A DNA stretch of 64,000 nt, taken from a virus. Taxonomy: Duplodnaviria; Caudoviricetes. The position numbers and the translations under genes are program-made. Of this stretch, positions 18,604 through 27,014 are shown piece after piece. The first letter of the stretch is position 1. Each line of letters starts with the position of its first letter. The notes beneath the pieces are model-generated. The model saw only the letters and a list, made by a program, of their open reading frames with translations. It was not told the DNA's origin and ran no database searches. The stretch is from IMG/VR virus record IMGVR_UViG_3300035703_002708; one strand, written 5' to 3'.

Positions 18604-20001
18604 ATGAAAAAAATACTCAAGGAATCAGGTATCAGAGATATTAATAAGTTAGCCGACAGATACAAAAAAGCAAAAATTTATTTTCACCAAGATTTGGACG
18701 GAGTAACTACCGCCCTAGCCATGAAAAACTACTTAGAAAACCAAGGGATTAAAGTAGTTGATACAGAAATAATACAATACGGAGATAGAGAGTTTGCGGT
18801 CAAAAAAACTGACGCAGAAGGAGATGTAATGCCGGTTTTGGTTGATTTTGCACACGGAAAACCCATGTTTGTCATTCATACAGACCACCACGACACTCAA
18901 GCAGGAGCAGAAGATACCAAATCAACAAGTTTCAGACCATCAAGGTCAAATGTTAAAACAATATCACAAACGGTATCACCCAAAGAAATATTCACATCTG
19001 AAGACATTGAATTAATCTCTATGGTTGATTCCGCCGACTATGCCTCTAAAGACATAACACCAAAAGAAGTTATCACTTATCTATTTCAATTAGATAAGGA
19101 TAAATCACTCCAAAGAAATAAAACCTTATTAGGTTTGGTTACGAACAAACTTTTATTGGCATTCAAAAACAAACCTGAGTTTTTGGAAAATATCGTAATG
19201 AATGCGCAGCCATCAATAATCTCCATTCTAAACAACATCAAAAGACAAATCAAAGAAAGAGGTTTTGCTGATGTTGATACATTAGAAAAAAACAAAGAGG
19301 GTTACATAGAACAAATGAAAAAAAGCCCAAATGTCCAAGATTTAGGTAATATTATAGTTCAATACGGTGGTGGTTATATGGTAAAACCAGGTTCTTATGA
19401 TAGATACACACCATTTGAGAATAACCCCGATGCTGACTTTTTGGTAATCGCATGGCCTTTAGGGTTGGTTCAAGCATCTTGTAATCCATTCAAAAAAGAA
19501 AGACAACTCAAAGGAGTTAATTTAGGTGAAGTTAAAGATGAAGTACTATCGAAGTGGGAAGGTCAGTTGAAACAAAAACAAGTTCCACTCTCAACAATTA
19601 AGTGGGTATCAGAAACATCAGTAGGTGAAGGTTCAGTAGGTTTTACATTCAAAGATTTTGTTGCAATTTACGGAAAAGAATTTACTAAGATGGATAATGG
19701 TAGAGATATCTTAACAGAAATTGGTTATTCTATGAACAAACACTTTGATGAATTATCTGAGGATGAGAAAGAGTTATTAGATAACGTTACAGTAAATGCT
19801 TGGGACATAATACAAGCAAACTCCGGTGGGCACAAATGTATAACAAACATCTCGGGACTTAATTATTTGGGAAGAGGAAAAAGACCACCTTCAGGAAAAC
19901 CAAAATTTGGTGACGAAGAAAAGGAATCATACGTTAAATTTGTAAAGATGGTTCAAAAAGAGTTTGTGGATGTGTTGAAAAAGAAAATCGATACTAAATA
20001 A
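18604..20001 (+). CDS. DHH/DHHA1-family phosphoesterase with ILKE leader
   Basis: HQDLDG, VDFAH, TDHHD, DSAD, C-terminal SGGH; MKKILKES leader; TATTTAT at 18592. Confidence 0.75.
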   Translation: MKKILKESGIRDINKLADRYKKAKIYFHQDLDGVTTALAMKNYLENQGIKVVDTEIIQYGDREFAVKKTDAEGDVMPVLVDFAHGKPMFVIHTDHHDTQAGAEDTKSTSFRPSRSNVKTISQTVSPKEIFTSEDIELISMVDSADYASKDITPKEVITYLFQLDKDKSLQRNKTLLGLVTNKLLLAFKNKPEFLENIVMNAQPSIISILNNIKRQIKERGFADVDTLEKNKEGYIEQMKKSPNVQDLGNIIVQYGGGYMVKPGSYDRYTPFENNPDADFLVIAWPLGLVQASCNPFKKERQLKGVNLGEVKDEVLSKWEGQLKQKQVPLSTIKWVSETSVGEGSVGFTFKDFVAIYGKEFTKMDNGRDILTEIGYSMNKHFDELSEDEKELLDNVTVNAWDIIQANSGGHKCITNISGLNYLGRGKRPPSGKPKFGDEEKESYVKFVKMVQKEFVDVLKKKIDTK

Positions 20002-20020
20002 TATTTATATAAAAAAAACT

Positions 20021-21091
20021 ATGAAAAAATCAGAATATATCGAATTGAACAACAAATGGGAATCATTTTCAAGCGAAGAAAGACAGTTTGTTATAAATTT
20101 ATTGGAAAATTTCCAAATAGATAAAAAAATAAACTTATCAGAGGCCAGATGGTGGAATACTGTTGGAGATATTTTAGGGATTTTTGACCCTACAGGTGTT
20201 ATAGATTTAATTAACGGAGTGGATTATATCAGACAAGGTGACTATTTTTATGGTTTTTTATCTATGATTGCTGTTTTACCATTCGTAGGCGATGCTATTG
20301 CAAAACCTATTATGGGAGTTAGTAAAAGTAGTAAACTTATGAGGGGTATGAACGAAGCTTTACGGTTATCAAAAATGGGTAAGACGGCTGAAGCCTCGAG
20401 AATACTAGCAAGTGCTTCCTCAACTCCAGGACTTATACAAAAATTGATAAAATCCTCAATAAAGTGGGGTGAAAAATTAAAAGATGCAGTTTGGGCTTTA
20501 CCTGGTGGTAAACTAACTACTGGTCTTAGAAAGACGATTATAGATTGGATTGATTTATTTATAAATGCTGCCGGGAAATCCTCACGAGCGAAAAAACTTG
20601 GGGCTATGGCGGCATCAAAAATAAAATCTCTTCCTCCTAATGAGGCGGCAAAACTATTAAATAATCTACAAAAAACAATTTCCAAAAATAGTAGAGTTTT
20701 TAGAAATTTCAAACCAAAAGACCCTGGTTTCATGGCTAAATATTTTTGGCCAGGTGCGACAGTAGGTGTTCTTTGGAGAAGTCGACCTTTAGCAGGTTTG
20801 GCTCGAAGAACAAAATGGTATGTTGGGTTTCTTTCTTCATTAGGTTTACCTTTTATGGAACCGGAAGAATTACCGAAACAAATGTCTGAGGAAGAATTGG
20901 ACCAAAAATTTCAAGAGTATGTTTCTTCTGAGAAGGGAAAGAAAAATTGGCAAGAAGAGTTTGGTGATGTTGATTTGGAAACTCAATCCGATGCTAGTCC
21001 TACAGAACCTGAAACTTTCAGTAAACCTAAACCTCAAAAGACTTCAGGTGACCCACTTTTTGATACGTTCACTGAATTTTTTGGAGTTTAA
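20021..21091 (+). CDS. protein with pre-toxin-TG-like hydrophobic segment
   Basis: DILGIFDPTGVIDLINGVDYIRQGDYFYGFLSMIAVLPFVGD; TATTTAT at 20002. Confidence 0.55.
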   Translation: MKKSEYIELNNKWESFSSEERQFVINLLENFQIDKKINLSEARWWNTVGDILGIFDPTGVIDLINGVDYIRQGDYFYGFLSMIAVLPFVGDAIAKPIMGVSKSSKLMRGMNEALRLSKMGKTAEASRILASASSTPGLIQKLIKSSIKWGEKLKDAVWALPGGKLTTGLRKTIIDWIDLFINAAGKSSRAKKLGAMAASKIKSLPPNEAAKLLNNLQKTISKNSRVFRNFKPKDPGFMAKYFWPGATVGVLWRSRPLAGLARRTKWYVGFLSSLGLPFMEPEELPKQMSEEELDQKFQEYVSSEKGKKNWQEEFGDVDLETQSDASPTEPETFSKPKPQKTSGDPLFDTFTEFFGV

Positions 21092-21435
21092 TCAACCATC
21101 TTTATAATATCACCCTCCTCAATACCTAACCTTTCACAGGTTCCACCTTCTAATTCAAGGACCATATCTCCAAATCCTTCATAGTGAGGACAATTTTTTT
21201 CGTGACAAGGTTCGCAGTTTGAATGAATTTTTGTAATTTCGTTCCCGTCAATAAAAATTATGTCAAGAGGAACAATGCAATTTCTCATCCAAAATGAATG
21301 GTCGCCAGAACCCATCAGAAATAACATACCATCAAAGTCCTTGTTGAACCTTTTTCTCATCATGCCATTTTGAATGGCTTCTCTTGTAGCGGCAATCTTA
21401 ACTTTGAACTTTGAACTATTTATAGTTATAATCAT
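21088..21435 (-). CDS. DUF192 family protein
   Basis: GMMRK...GMLF...SFWMRNCIVPLDIIFID...VLELEGG. Confidence 0.88.
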   Translation of the reverse strand: MIITINSSKFKVKIAATREAIQNGMMRKRFNKDFDGMLFLMGSGDHSFWMRNCIVPLDIIFIDGNEITKIHSNCEPCHEKNCPHYEGFGDMVLELEGGTCERLGIEEGDIIKMVD

Positions 21436-21456
21436 ACAGATAAATATAACAAGAAA

Positions 21457-21900
21457 ATGGAATTGAAAAGATACTCAGGTGTTTTAATCAGATGTAAAGA
21501 TAAAGTTTTACTTTGCCAAAGAAGTTTCGATGAGGATTCAAGACCAGGTGAGTGGTCAATTCCTTGTGGTCATCAAGAAAAAAACGAAGATAAGGTGTCT
21601 TGTGCCATAAGAGAATTATATGAAGAAACAAACATTCAAGTAAGTCCGAGAGATTTGGCTTACGTGGGTGGAATTAAAACTAACGATGAATCAAATAATT
21701 ATGTGAGAGGAATATTGAGTGTGTTTGTTATGGATTCAGATGAAGAAATTTATCCTGATTTAACAGGTGCGAAAGATGGACAAGAACACCAAGAATGTGG
21801 ATATTTTACCATAGATAATTTACCTTCACCATTAGGTTCAGGACTAAAAGAGATTATCAACAAGTTATTATCAAAAAAACTTTCAACAATTAAGTTATAA
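21457..21900 (+). CDS. Nudix hydrolase
   Basis: Nudix box GHQEKNEDKVSCAIRELYEETNI. Confidence 0.88.
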   Translation: MELKRYSGVLIRCKDKVLLCQRSFDEDSRPGEWSIPCGHQEKNEDKVSCAIRELYEETNIQVSPRDLAYVGGIKTNDESNNYVRGILSVFVMDSDEEIYPDLTGAKDGQEHQECGYFTIDNLPSPLGSGLKEIINKLLSKKLSTIKL

Positions 21901-22006
21901 TATTGAATTTTTTTTTACATACTATTGATTTTCAGAAATTATGTGATATTTATGTTATCATAATATCAGCCAACAAAACCCCCTATATTTAGTTGGTTTA
22001 TACTTT

Positions 22007-22052
22007 AAGCCCCACTTTCGAATTAGTTTTTGATAAGTGGGGTTTTGTTTTT
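22007..22052 (+). terminator. terminator-like hairpin overlapping next promoter
   Basis: AAGCCCCACTT/AAGTGGGGTTT plus T-run. Confidence 0.6.
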
Positions 22053-22074
22053 CAGAAAACTTTTTTTACCTTTG
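22044..22074 (+). promoter_or_regulatory. Bacteroidota-type promoter
   Basis: TTTG, 19 nt, TACCTTTG; similar site TTTG-N20-TATATTTG at 23076-23107. Confidence 0.7.
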
Positions 22075-22094
22075 TAGAACCAAAAACAAAAACT

Positions 22095-23557
22095 ATGAAA
22101 GAAGGAATTGATGATATCTTTTTTGTTGTCGGAGCGGTTTTTTGTCTGACAGTGATTATTCTAAAAGTAGTTGTAACAGTTGCTAACGCCTTTTTACTAT
22201 GACAGTAGGACAAGTAATTTATTTTGTTGGTATGACAGCACTTTGTCTGTACTTAATTTATTGTATGATTTTTAAAGACGGTAAACTCGGAAAATAATGA
22301 AAACATTCTCAATCAAAATCCAACACGAAACTTTCGGAACTCTCATAAACGAGACAATCGTAGATGCAATACAGTTCAAACTATTTCTCAAAGCAATCAA
22401 CGCTTCATTGGAACTGAAAGACGACTTGTCATTTTTCAACGGAGAGGATTTTCTCTTTCACATACCCTTTAAATTTTTGAAGGAATCACTTATACTTACA
22501 TCCGTTAATGAGGTAGAACTCGCCCAACGTATGAAAAGTAAAGTTGAGGCATTAGTGACAAAAGAAACACGATGAACAAAAAAGTATCTTTGGTAGTAAT
22601 TCCAAAACCAAACGAAGAGATTACACAGTGCAAAACAATTATGAGTAAAGAAGGTCGTATGACCATCGCTACTTATGACCACACAGTGAAACAAGAACTC
22701 AAATCTGGATTCACTCCTGTTGAGTATTATTTTGTGGATGACCAGCCCATATTACCCAATAATTATTATATCTCATATGAGAATGGTCCTACATTAAAAC
22801 TTCATACTGAGATTGACCACGTTATGAACAAAGGTCAATTCAAAAAAGGTGAGAGAAGAGTTTATCTTACTGAGAAAGATGTGTATTGGTTTTATAAGTC
22901 AGATACCAAAGAATATTTTGACTTCGCACCTTGGCATTTGAATGAAATAGTTGAAAAAGGATTTACTTGTTTTGTAAAAGAAAAAGATAACGAATGTAAT
23001 GGTGAGACCTGTCTAAATTGTAATTGCCACGAATTCAAAGAAGAAAATTTTGTGGCAGATAAATATAGAGATAAGTTTGTGGTTGTCGTTTAATGTTCTT
23101 ATATTTGTAGAACCAAAACGATAAACTATGATTACTGTTGAAAAAGACACCCAAATCACGATTGTTTGCACTTTCGAAGGGCAAAATGAAAATGAGTTTT
23201 TTGATTTTGATGTTTGTAAAAAAGGAGATGTGTTAAGGTCAGAGAACTTGTATAACGAACTTTCGTTCGAACCCGAAGTATTACAGGTAAATTATTTTAT
23301 CGGTGACACATTCATTAAAGGATATTCTAAAATTGTAAATTGTAATTAATATGGAAACCCCAATCCAAAAAGCAATAAAAATGTGTGATGACCTCTTGGC
23401 AGAACTCGAGGTAATGTCACGAACCGATTATGACGGGGCTCAACCCCGCATCGAAATGGTAGAACTTGTATCAACTAAAATCCGGTCGTTGGTAACAGAC
23501 GAGAAGGAAATGATTAATCAGATTTATTCAAACTGCGAAAAAATTAAGTTACAGTAA
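22095..23557 (+). other. run of small hypothetical CDS (22095-22202, 22297-22575, 22572-23093, 23128-23349, 23351-23557)
   Basis: Co-oriented short ORFs with A-rich leaders behind host-type promoters. Confidence 0.6.
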
Positions 23558-23559
23558 TT

Positions 23560-24000
23560 GTGAAAAGGTTTATTGTCATTTTGTCAGTTATTTTGGGTTT
23601 TATGACATCTTGTCAGAAAGAGGACCCTATTGACCCTCCGACATATAATCAAATCAATCAACCACCAACTACTGATATTCCTAAATTTGCTGGCTCCACT
23701 TGGGTAATATATAAGTTTCAACCCTTATATTTCGTGACCGACCCAGAGTTAGTCACCGATACTTTGATATTCATCAATAACACCGAACTAAAATATAATG
23801 GTGTTTCTTGTGAATACTCTTTTTACCCAAGTGGATATCTGTGGTATTTCGAACTAAAACAAACTCCGAGATTTATTGGAAGTATAAATGCGTTTTTAAG
23901 TGAAGGACCAATCAATTATGGTGAGATTTTGGCACAAGAATATACAAATGTTTACAACCGAAACCAAAAATGGTTGGTTTGGATGAAAAAAGTAAATTGA
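23560..24000 (+). CDS. lipoprotein
   Basis: Signal peptide II (FMTS-C) followed by QKED, resembling the Bacteroidota surface export signal. Confidence 0.7.
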   Translation: MKRFIVILSVILGFMTSCQKEDPIDPPTYNQINQPPTTDIPKFAGSTWVIYKFQPLYFVTDPELVTDTLIFINNTELKYNGVSCEYSFYPSGYLWYFELKQTPRFIGSINAFLSEGPINYGEILAQEYTNVYNRNQKWLVWMKKVN

Positions 24001-24005
24001 CCCTC

Positions 24006-24034
24006 TTGACCTTTTAAATCACAATTCTTATACT
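24006..24034 (+). promoter_or_regulatory. sigma70-like promoter of the TROVE gene
   Basis: TTGACC, 17 nt, TATACT. Confidence 0.6.
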
Positions 24035-24070
24035 TTCTAAACAAATTCGTCAAAAAAAAATTGTACTAAT

Positions 24071-25696
24071 ATGGCAAAGTTCCGAAATTCCGCAGTTGTA
24101 GAAAAATTAGATAACACCCCACCCAAAGAAAACTTGGTTGCATCAAACGCAGTTCCGAAACCCGATACGACAAATCTTCAAGGGTTCGAGGCTTATTCAA
24201 TTGAAAATTGGCTCCGTCTGATTTCTATTTTGAATACTTCTAAATTGGAGAACCAGTATTATCGTTCAGAAACAGAAACTATGAAAGAGTTGAAATCTCT
24301 TGTGGATATCTGTGGTAAAGAGGACCCATACTTTGTGGCTCAGTGTATCGTGTATTCTCGTTGTATTGGTGAGGGTATGAGAAGTATTAATCACTTGGCG
24401 GCAGTTTATCTTGCTCCATTTATGAGTGGTAAAGACTGGTCAAAACGTTTCTTCTCAGGTTGGGATAAGAAATCTCAAAAAGGAGGTACCGTGTTTCGTC
24501 CTGATGATATGAGTGAGATGGTTAGTTGTTTTACCGCCCTTAATGGTAAGTCAATCACCAACTCAATGAAAAAAGGTTTTGCCTCTACGTTAGAGAAACT
24601 TGACACATACTCACTTTTGAAGTATAAGAGTTCGATTTTGGATTTGTTCAATTTGGTTCATCCAAAACAAGAAAACTCAAACGCCACCGTTGAATTCGAA
24701 GGTAGGGTTGTTCCAACATTTGAAGCCATCGTTAAAGGTTATAATGTGTCTGCTGACACTTGGGAGGTTGCTCAGTCAGATGCTGGACAAATTGTGGCTC
24801 AGGCGGTTCGTGAAGGTAAAATCTCAACAGAAGAAGCAAAACAAGTTCTTACTGAGGCAAAGTCTGAGAATTGGAAAGGATTACTTACCGAAAACAAACT
24901 TGGTATCTTGGCAGCAGTTCGTAACATTCGTAACATTCTGTTGAACAAACCTGATGGTGACACTATTAATAAGTTGTGTTCTCTTTTGAGTGATGAAGCC
25001 GCAATTCGTAACGGAAAGGTAATGCCATACCAATTAGATATGGCTAACGAAGTTCTAATATCAGAATTTAACGATTCTAACTCTCGTAAGGTATCAAAGG
25101 CGTTACTTGATGGTTATGAAAAATCCATTCCGAACCTTGCTGAGTTACTTACAGGTAACAACCTTGTAATGATTGATATGTCAGGTTCTATGAACACAGG
25201 AATCAATGACCCTAAAGGCAAGTCACGTTACAAATCTACGTGTTTGGACAAGGCATCACTAATCGGTATGACAATCGCCAAGGCAGTAAACGCCGATGTA
25301 ATTCGTTTCGGTTCACACGCTGAGTATGTTTCTTACAATACAAACTCTGATGTGTTCAGTTTGTCTAAATCTATCATTCAAGGAATGGGAGGAACCTCAC
25401 TGGCACAAGCGTGGAGTACGGCAGAAGCATCAGGTCGTAAGTATGATAGAGTATTTATTCTGTCAGATAATGAGTGTAATGAAGGTTCAACTTACTCTCG
25501 ATACAAGAGTTATGTTGAAAAAGTTGGGGACCCGTATGTCTATTCAATAGACCTAGCCGCTTACGGAACAATGGCTATCGCGGGACCAAAAGTAAGATAC
25601 TACTACGGATATGGTTTTTCAATGTTCGAAGATATTGCAAAATCAGAGTTCAACCCGATGCACCACATCGAAAAAATCCGCAAAGTAGAAATCTAA
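24071..25696 (+). CDS. rsr: Ro60/Rsr-like TROVE-vWA RNA-binding protein
   Basis: 541 aa; TROVE-like N-terminus (DPYFVAQCIVYSR..GMRS, KYK..I.DLFNLVHPK, TWE, ALVRNLRN-like AAVRNIRN); vWA MIDAS DMSGSM, GGT, LSDNE. Confidence 0.92.
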   Translation: MAKFRNSAVVEKLDNTPPKENLVASNAVPKPDTTNLQGFEAYSIENWLRLISILNTSKLENQYYRSETETMKELKSLVDICGKEDPYFVAQCIVYSRCIGEGMRSINHLAAVYLAPFMSGKDWSKRFFSGWDKKSQKGGTVFRPDDMSEMVSCFTALNGKSITNSMKKGFASTLEKLDTYSLLKYKSSILDLFNLVHPKQENSNATVEFEGRVVPTFEAIVKGYNVSADTWEVAQSDAGQIVAQAVREGKISTEEAKQVLTEAKSENWKGLLTENKLGILAAVRNIRNILLNKPDGDTINKLCSLLSDEAAIRNGKVMPYQLDMANEVLISEFNDSNSRKVSKALLDGYEKSIPNLAELLTGNNLVMIDMSGSMNTGINDPKGKSRYKSTCLDKASLIGMTIAKAVNADVIRFGSHAEYVSYNTNSDVFSLSKSIIQGMGGTSLAQAWSTAEASGRKYDRVFILSDNECNEGSTYSRYKSYVEKVGDPYVYSIDLAAYGTMAIAGPKVRYYYGYGFSMFEDIAKSEFNPMHHIEKIRKVEI

Positions 25697-25708
25697 TGGG
25701 GATTAGTT

Positions 25709-25739
25709 ATGGGGTGAATGGTTGATTCACCCCATTTTT
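25709..25739 (+). terminator. intrinsic terminator after TROVE
   Basis: ATGGGGTGAA/TTCACCCCAT 10-bp stem plus T-run. Confidence 0.85.
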
Positions 25740-25759
25740 CAAAAAAACAATCAACCCAC

Positions 25760-25808
25760 TTGACTGGTGTCAAAAGTTTGATTAATATTGTCACATAGTT
25801 CTTTAAAA
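25760..25808 (+). promoter_or_regulatory. promoter and boxA-like leader of the ncRNA unit
   Basis: TTGACT-N17-TAATAT, then GTTCTTTAAAA (25798-25808) resembling rRNA/tRNA-operon boxA. Confidence 0.5.
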
Positions 25809-25812
25809 AATA

Positions 25813-25939
25813 GACGTAGTAAGATTAGGGTTACTTCAATACATCGGTTCGAATCCGATACCTGTGAAAACAGGTTAGACAAGTGGATAAGTCGGAATTC
25901 TCATAAATTCAAAACAACACCCTGTTCATCATTCTCGTC
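25813..25939 (+). ncRNA. Y RNA-like element 1 (YrlA-like, permuted tRNA mimic)
   Basis: Paired ends; T arm ATCGG-TTCGAAT-CCGAT; closed acceptor ACCTGT-GAAA-ACAGGT; D arm GAC-AAGTGGATAA-GTC; GAATT-CTCATA-AATTC arm; directly downstream of Ro60. Confidence 0.85.
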
Positions 25940-25948
25940 ACCTTATAC

Positions 25949-26027
25949 TTTAAGGTAGTAAGTTAAGTGTTACTTCGAAATAATCTGGAAATGTTCAAAA
26001 AAAAACACTTACGATATTCTCCTTAAA
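25949..26027 (+). ncRNA. Y RNA-like element 2 (minimal)
   Basis: Same scaffold TAGTAA...GTTACTTC / AACAC...ATTCT; closing stem TTTAAGG/CCTTAAA. Confidence 0.7.
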
Positions 26028-26035
26028 TCGTTCTT

Positions 26036-26168
26036 TTCAGATAGTAATTCAAGAGTTACTTCTACAATTTAAATTAAATCGCGCCCTATATGGGCATCTA
26101 TCTATGAACGAAATCTAACCTTCGGGTTATTTTTCACCTAAAAACACTCTTGGAAAAATTCTTCTGAA
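26036..26168 (+). ncRNA. Y RNA-like element 3
   Basis: Same scaffold; closing TTCAGA/TCTGAA; internal GCCC-TATAT-GGGC and TAACC-TTCG-GGTTA hairpins. Confidence 0.72.
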
Positions 26169-26175
26169 TTCATTT

Positions 26176-26206
26176 AAAAAGGGGACCATCGGGTCTCCTT
26201 TTTTTG
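26176..26206 (+). terminator. intrinsic terminator of the ncRNA unit
   Basis: AAAAAGGGGACC...GGTCTCCTTTTTTT. Confidence 0.8.
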
Positions 26207-26239
26207 TTTTATACACTATTTATAAAAAAAGGACATACT

Positions 26240-26545
26240 ATGGTTAATATAATGATTTCTGAAGAACAACTTGCCAGATTGGTTAATAAAATGAAACCAG
26301 TTAATGAAAGCAAAGATGGTAGTTATATGGCAAAACAACAACTATTTACCATCGCTACAATGGCTCACGAAATGTGGCAAGCGTTGGATGAGGGAGAACA
26401 ATTGGACGATTGGATGGAATCAAAAATCGCACAAGCAGACCAAAGTATTACTTCCGTTGTTAAGGCTTATTTCTATGATGAGATAACCGATGACCAAAAA
26501 GGAATGGGAATGTTGAATTACGATGATTTAGTAATAGGAAAATAA
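26240..26545 (+). CDS. hypothetical, probable virion protein
   Basis: TATTTAT at 26217; MISEEQLARL...VNES leader; start at internal Met. Confidence 0.6.
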   Translation: MVNIMISEEQLARLVNKMKPVNESKDGSYMAKQQLFTIATMAHEMWQALDEGEQLDDWMESKIAQADQSITSVVKAYFYDEITDDQKGMGMLNYDDLVIGK

Positions 26546-26558
26546 AAAACGATATATT

Positions 26559-27014
26559 ATGAAACCCCTCCGAAAATATTTCAGTTTGTTGGGGACACTT
26601 CTTGGACTTTTTCTACCATTATTTTTAGGATTAATTGCAGGGTTCGACAAACCTTCATTTTCAAGTTATTATTTTACAGATGCCAAACTATTTTTTATTG
26701 TTAGTTTGACAATCATATCTTTAAGTTTTGTTACATTATCCAAAACTTGGTTCATACCCTGTTTATCACTTATCGTACTAACATACTTCAATTGTCACGA
26801 TTTTAGTGAGATACATCAATTCGCGGCTCATTTATTTTTTGCTAGTTCAACTTATCTAATACTCAAAGACAAAAGGTTCAGGGGATTTGGATTTTTGATA
26901 TTACTTGCGACTCCGATTGTATTTTTCTCTATTTACTATTTTGAACTAATCTCGGTTTTACTTATTTCAATTTTTCACTTATTTTATATGCGAAGAATTC
27001 TAAAAACAAAATGA
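26559..27014 (+). CDS. multi-pass membrane protein
   Basis: About 5-6 hydrophobic segments; SFSSYY and H...A..FF motifs. Confidence 0.7.
   Translation: MKPLRKYFSLLGTLLGLFLPLFLGLIAGFDKPSFSSYYFTDAKLFFIVSLTIISLSFVTLSKTWFIPCLSLIVLTYFNCHDFSEIHQFAAHLFFASSTYLILKDKRFRGFGFLILLATPIVFFSIYYFELISVLLISIFHLFYMRRILKTK

Noticed and set aside
25813-26168. Three repeats with variable interiors as a mini-CRISPR
   Set aside because: The repeats are split 5'/3' arms that pair around each insert, unit lengths vary from about 80 to 130 nt, and there are no cas genes; a Ro-associated RNA fits better
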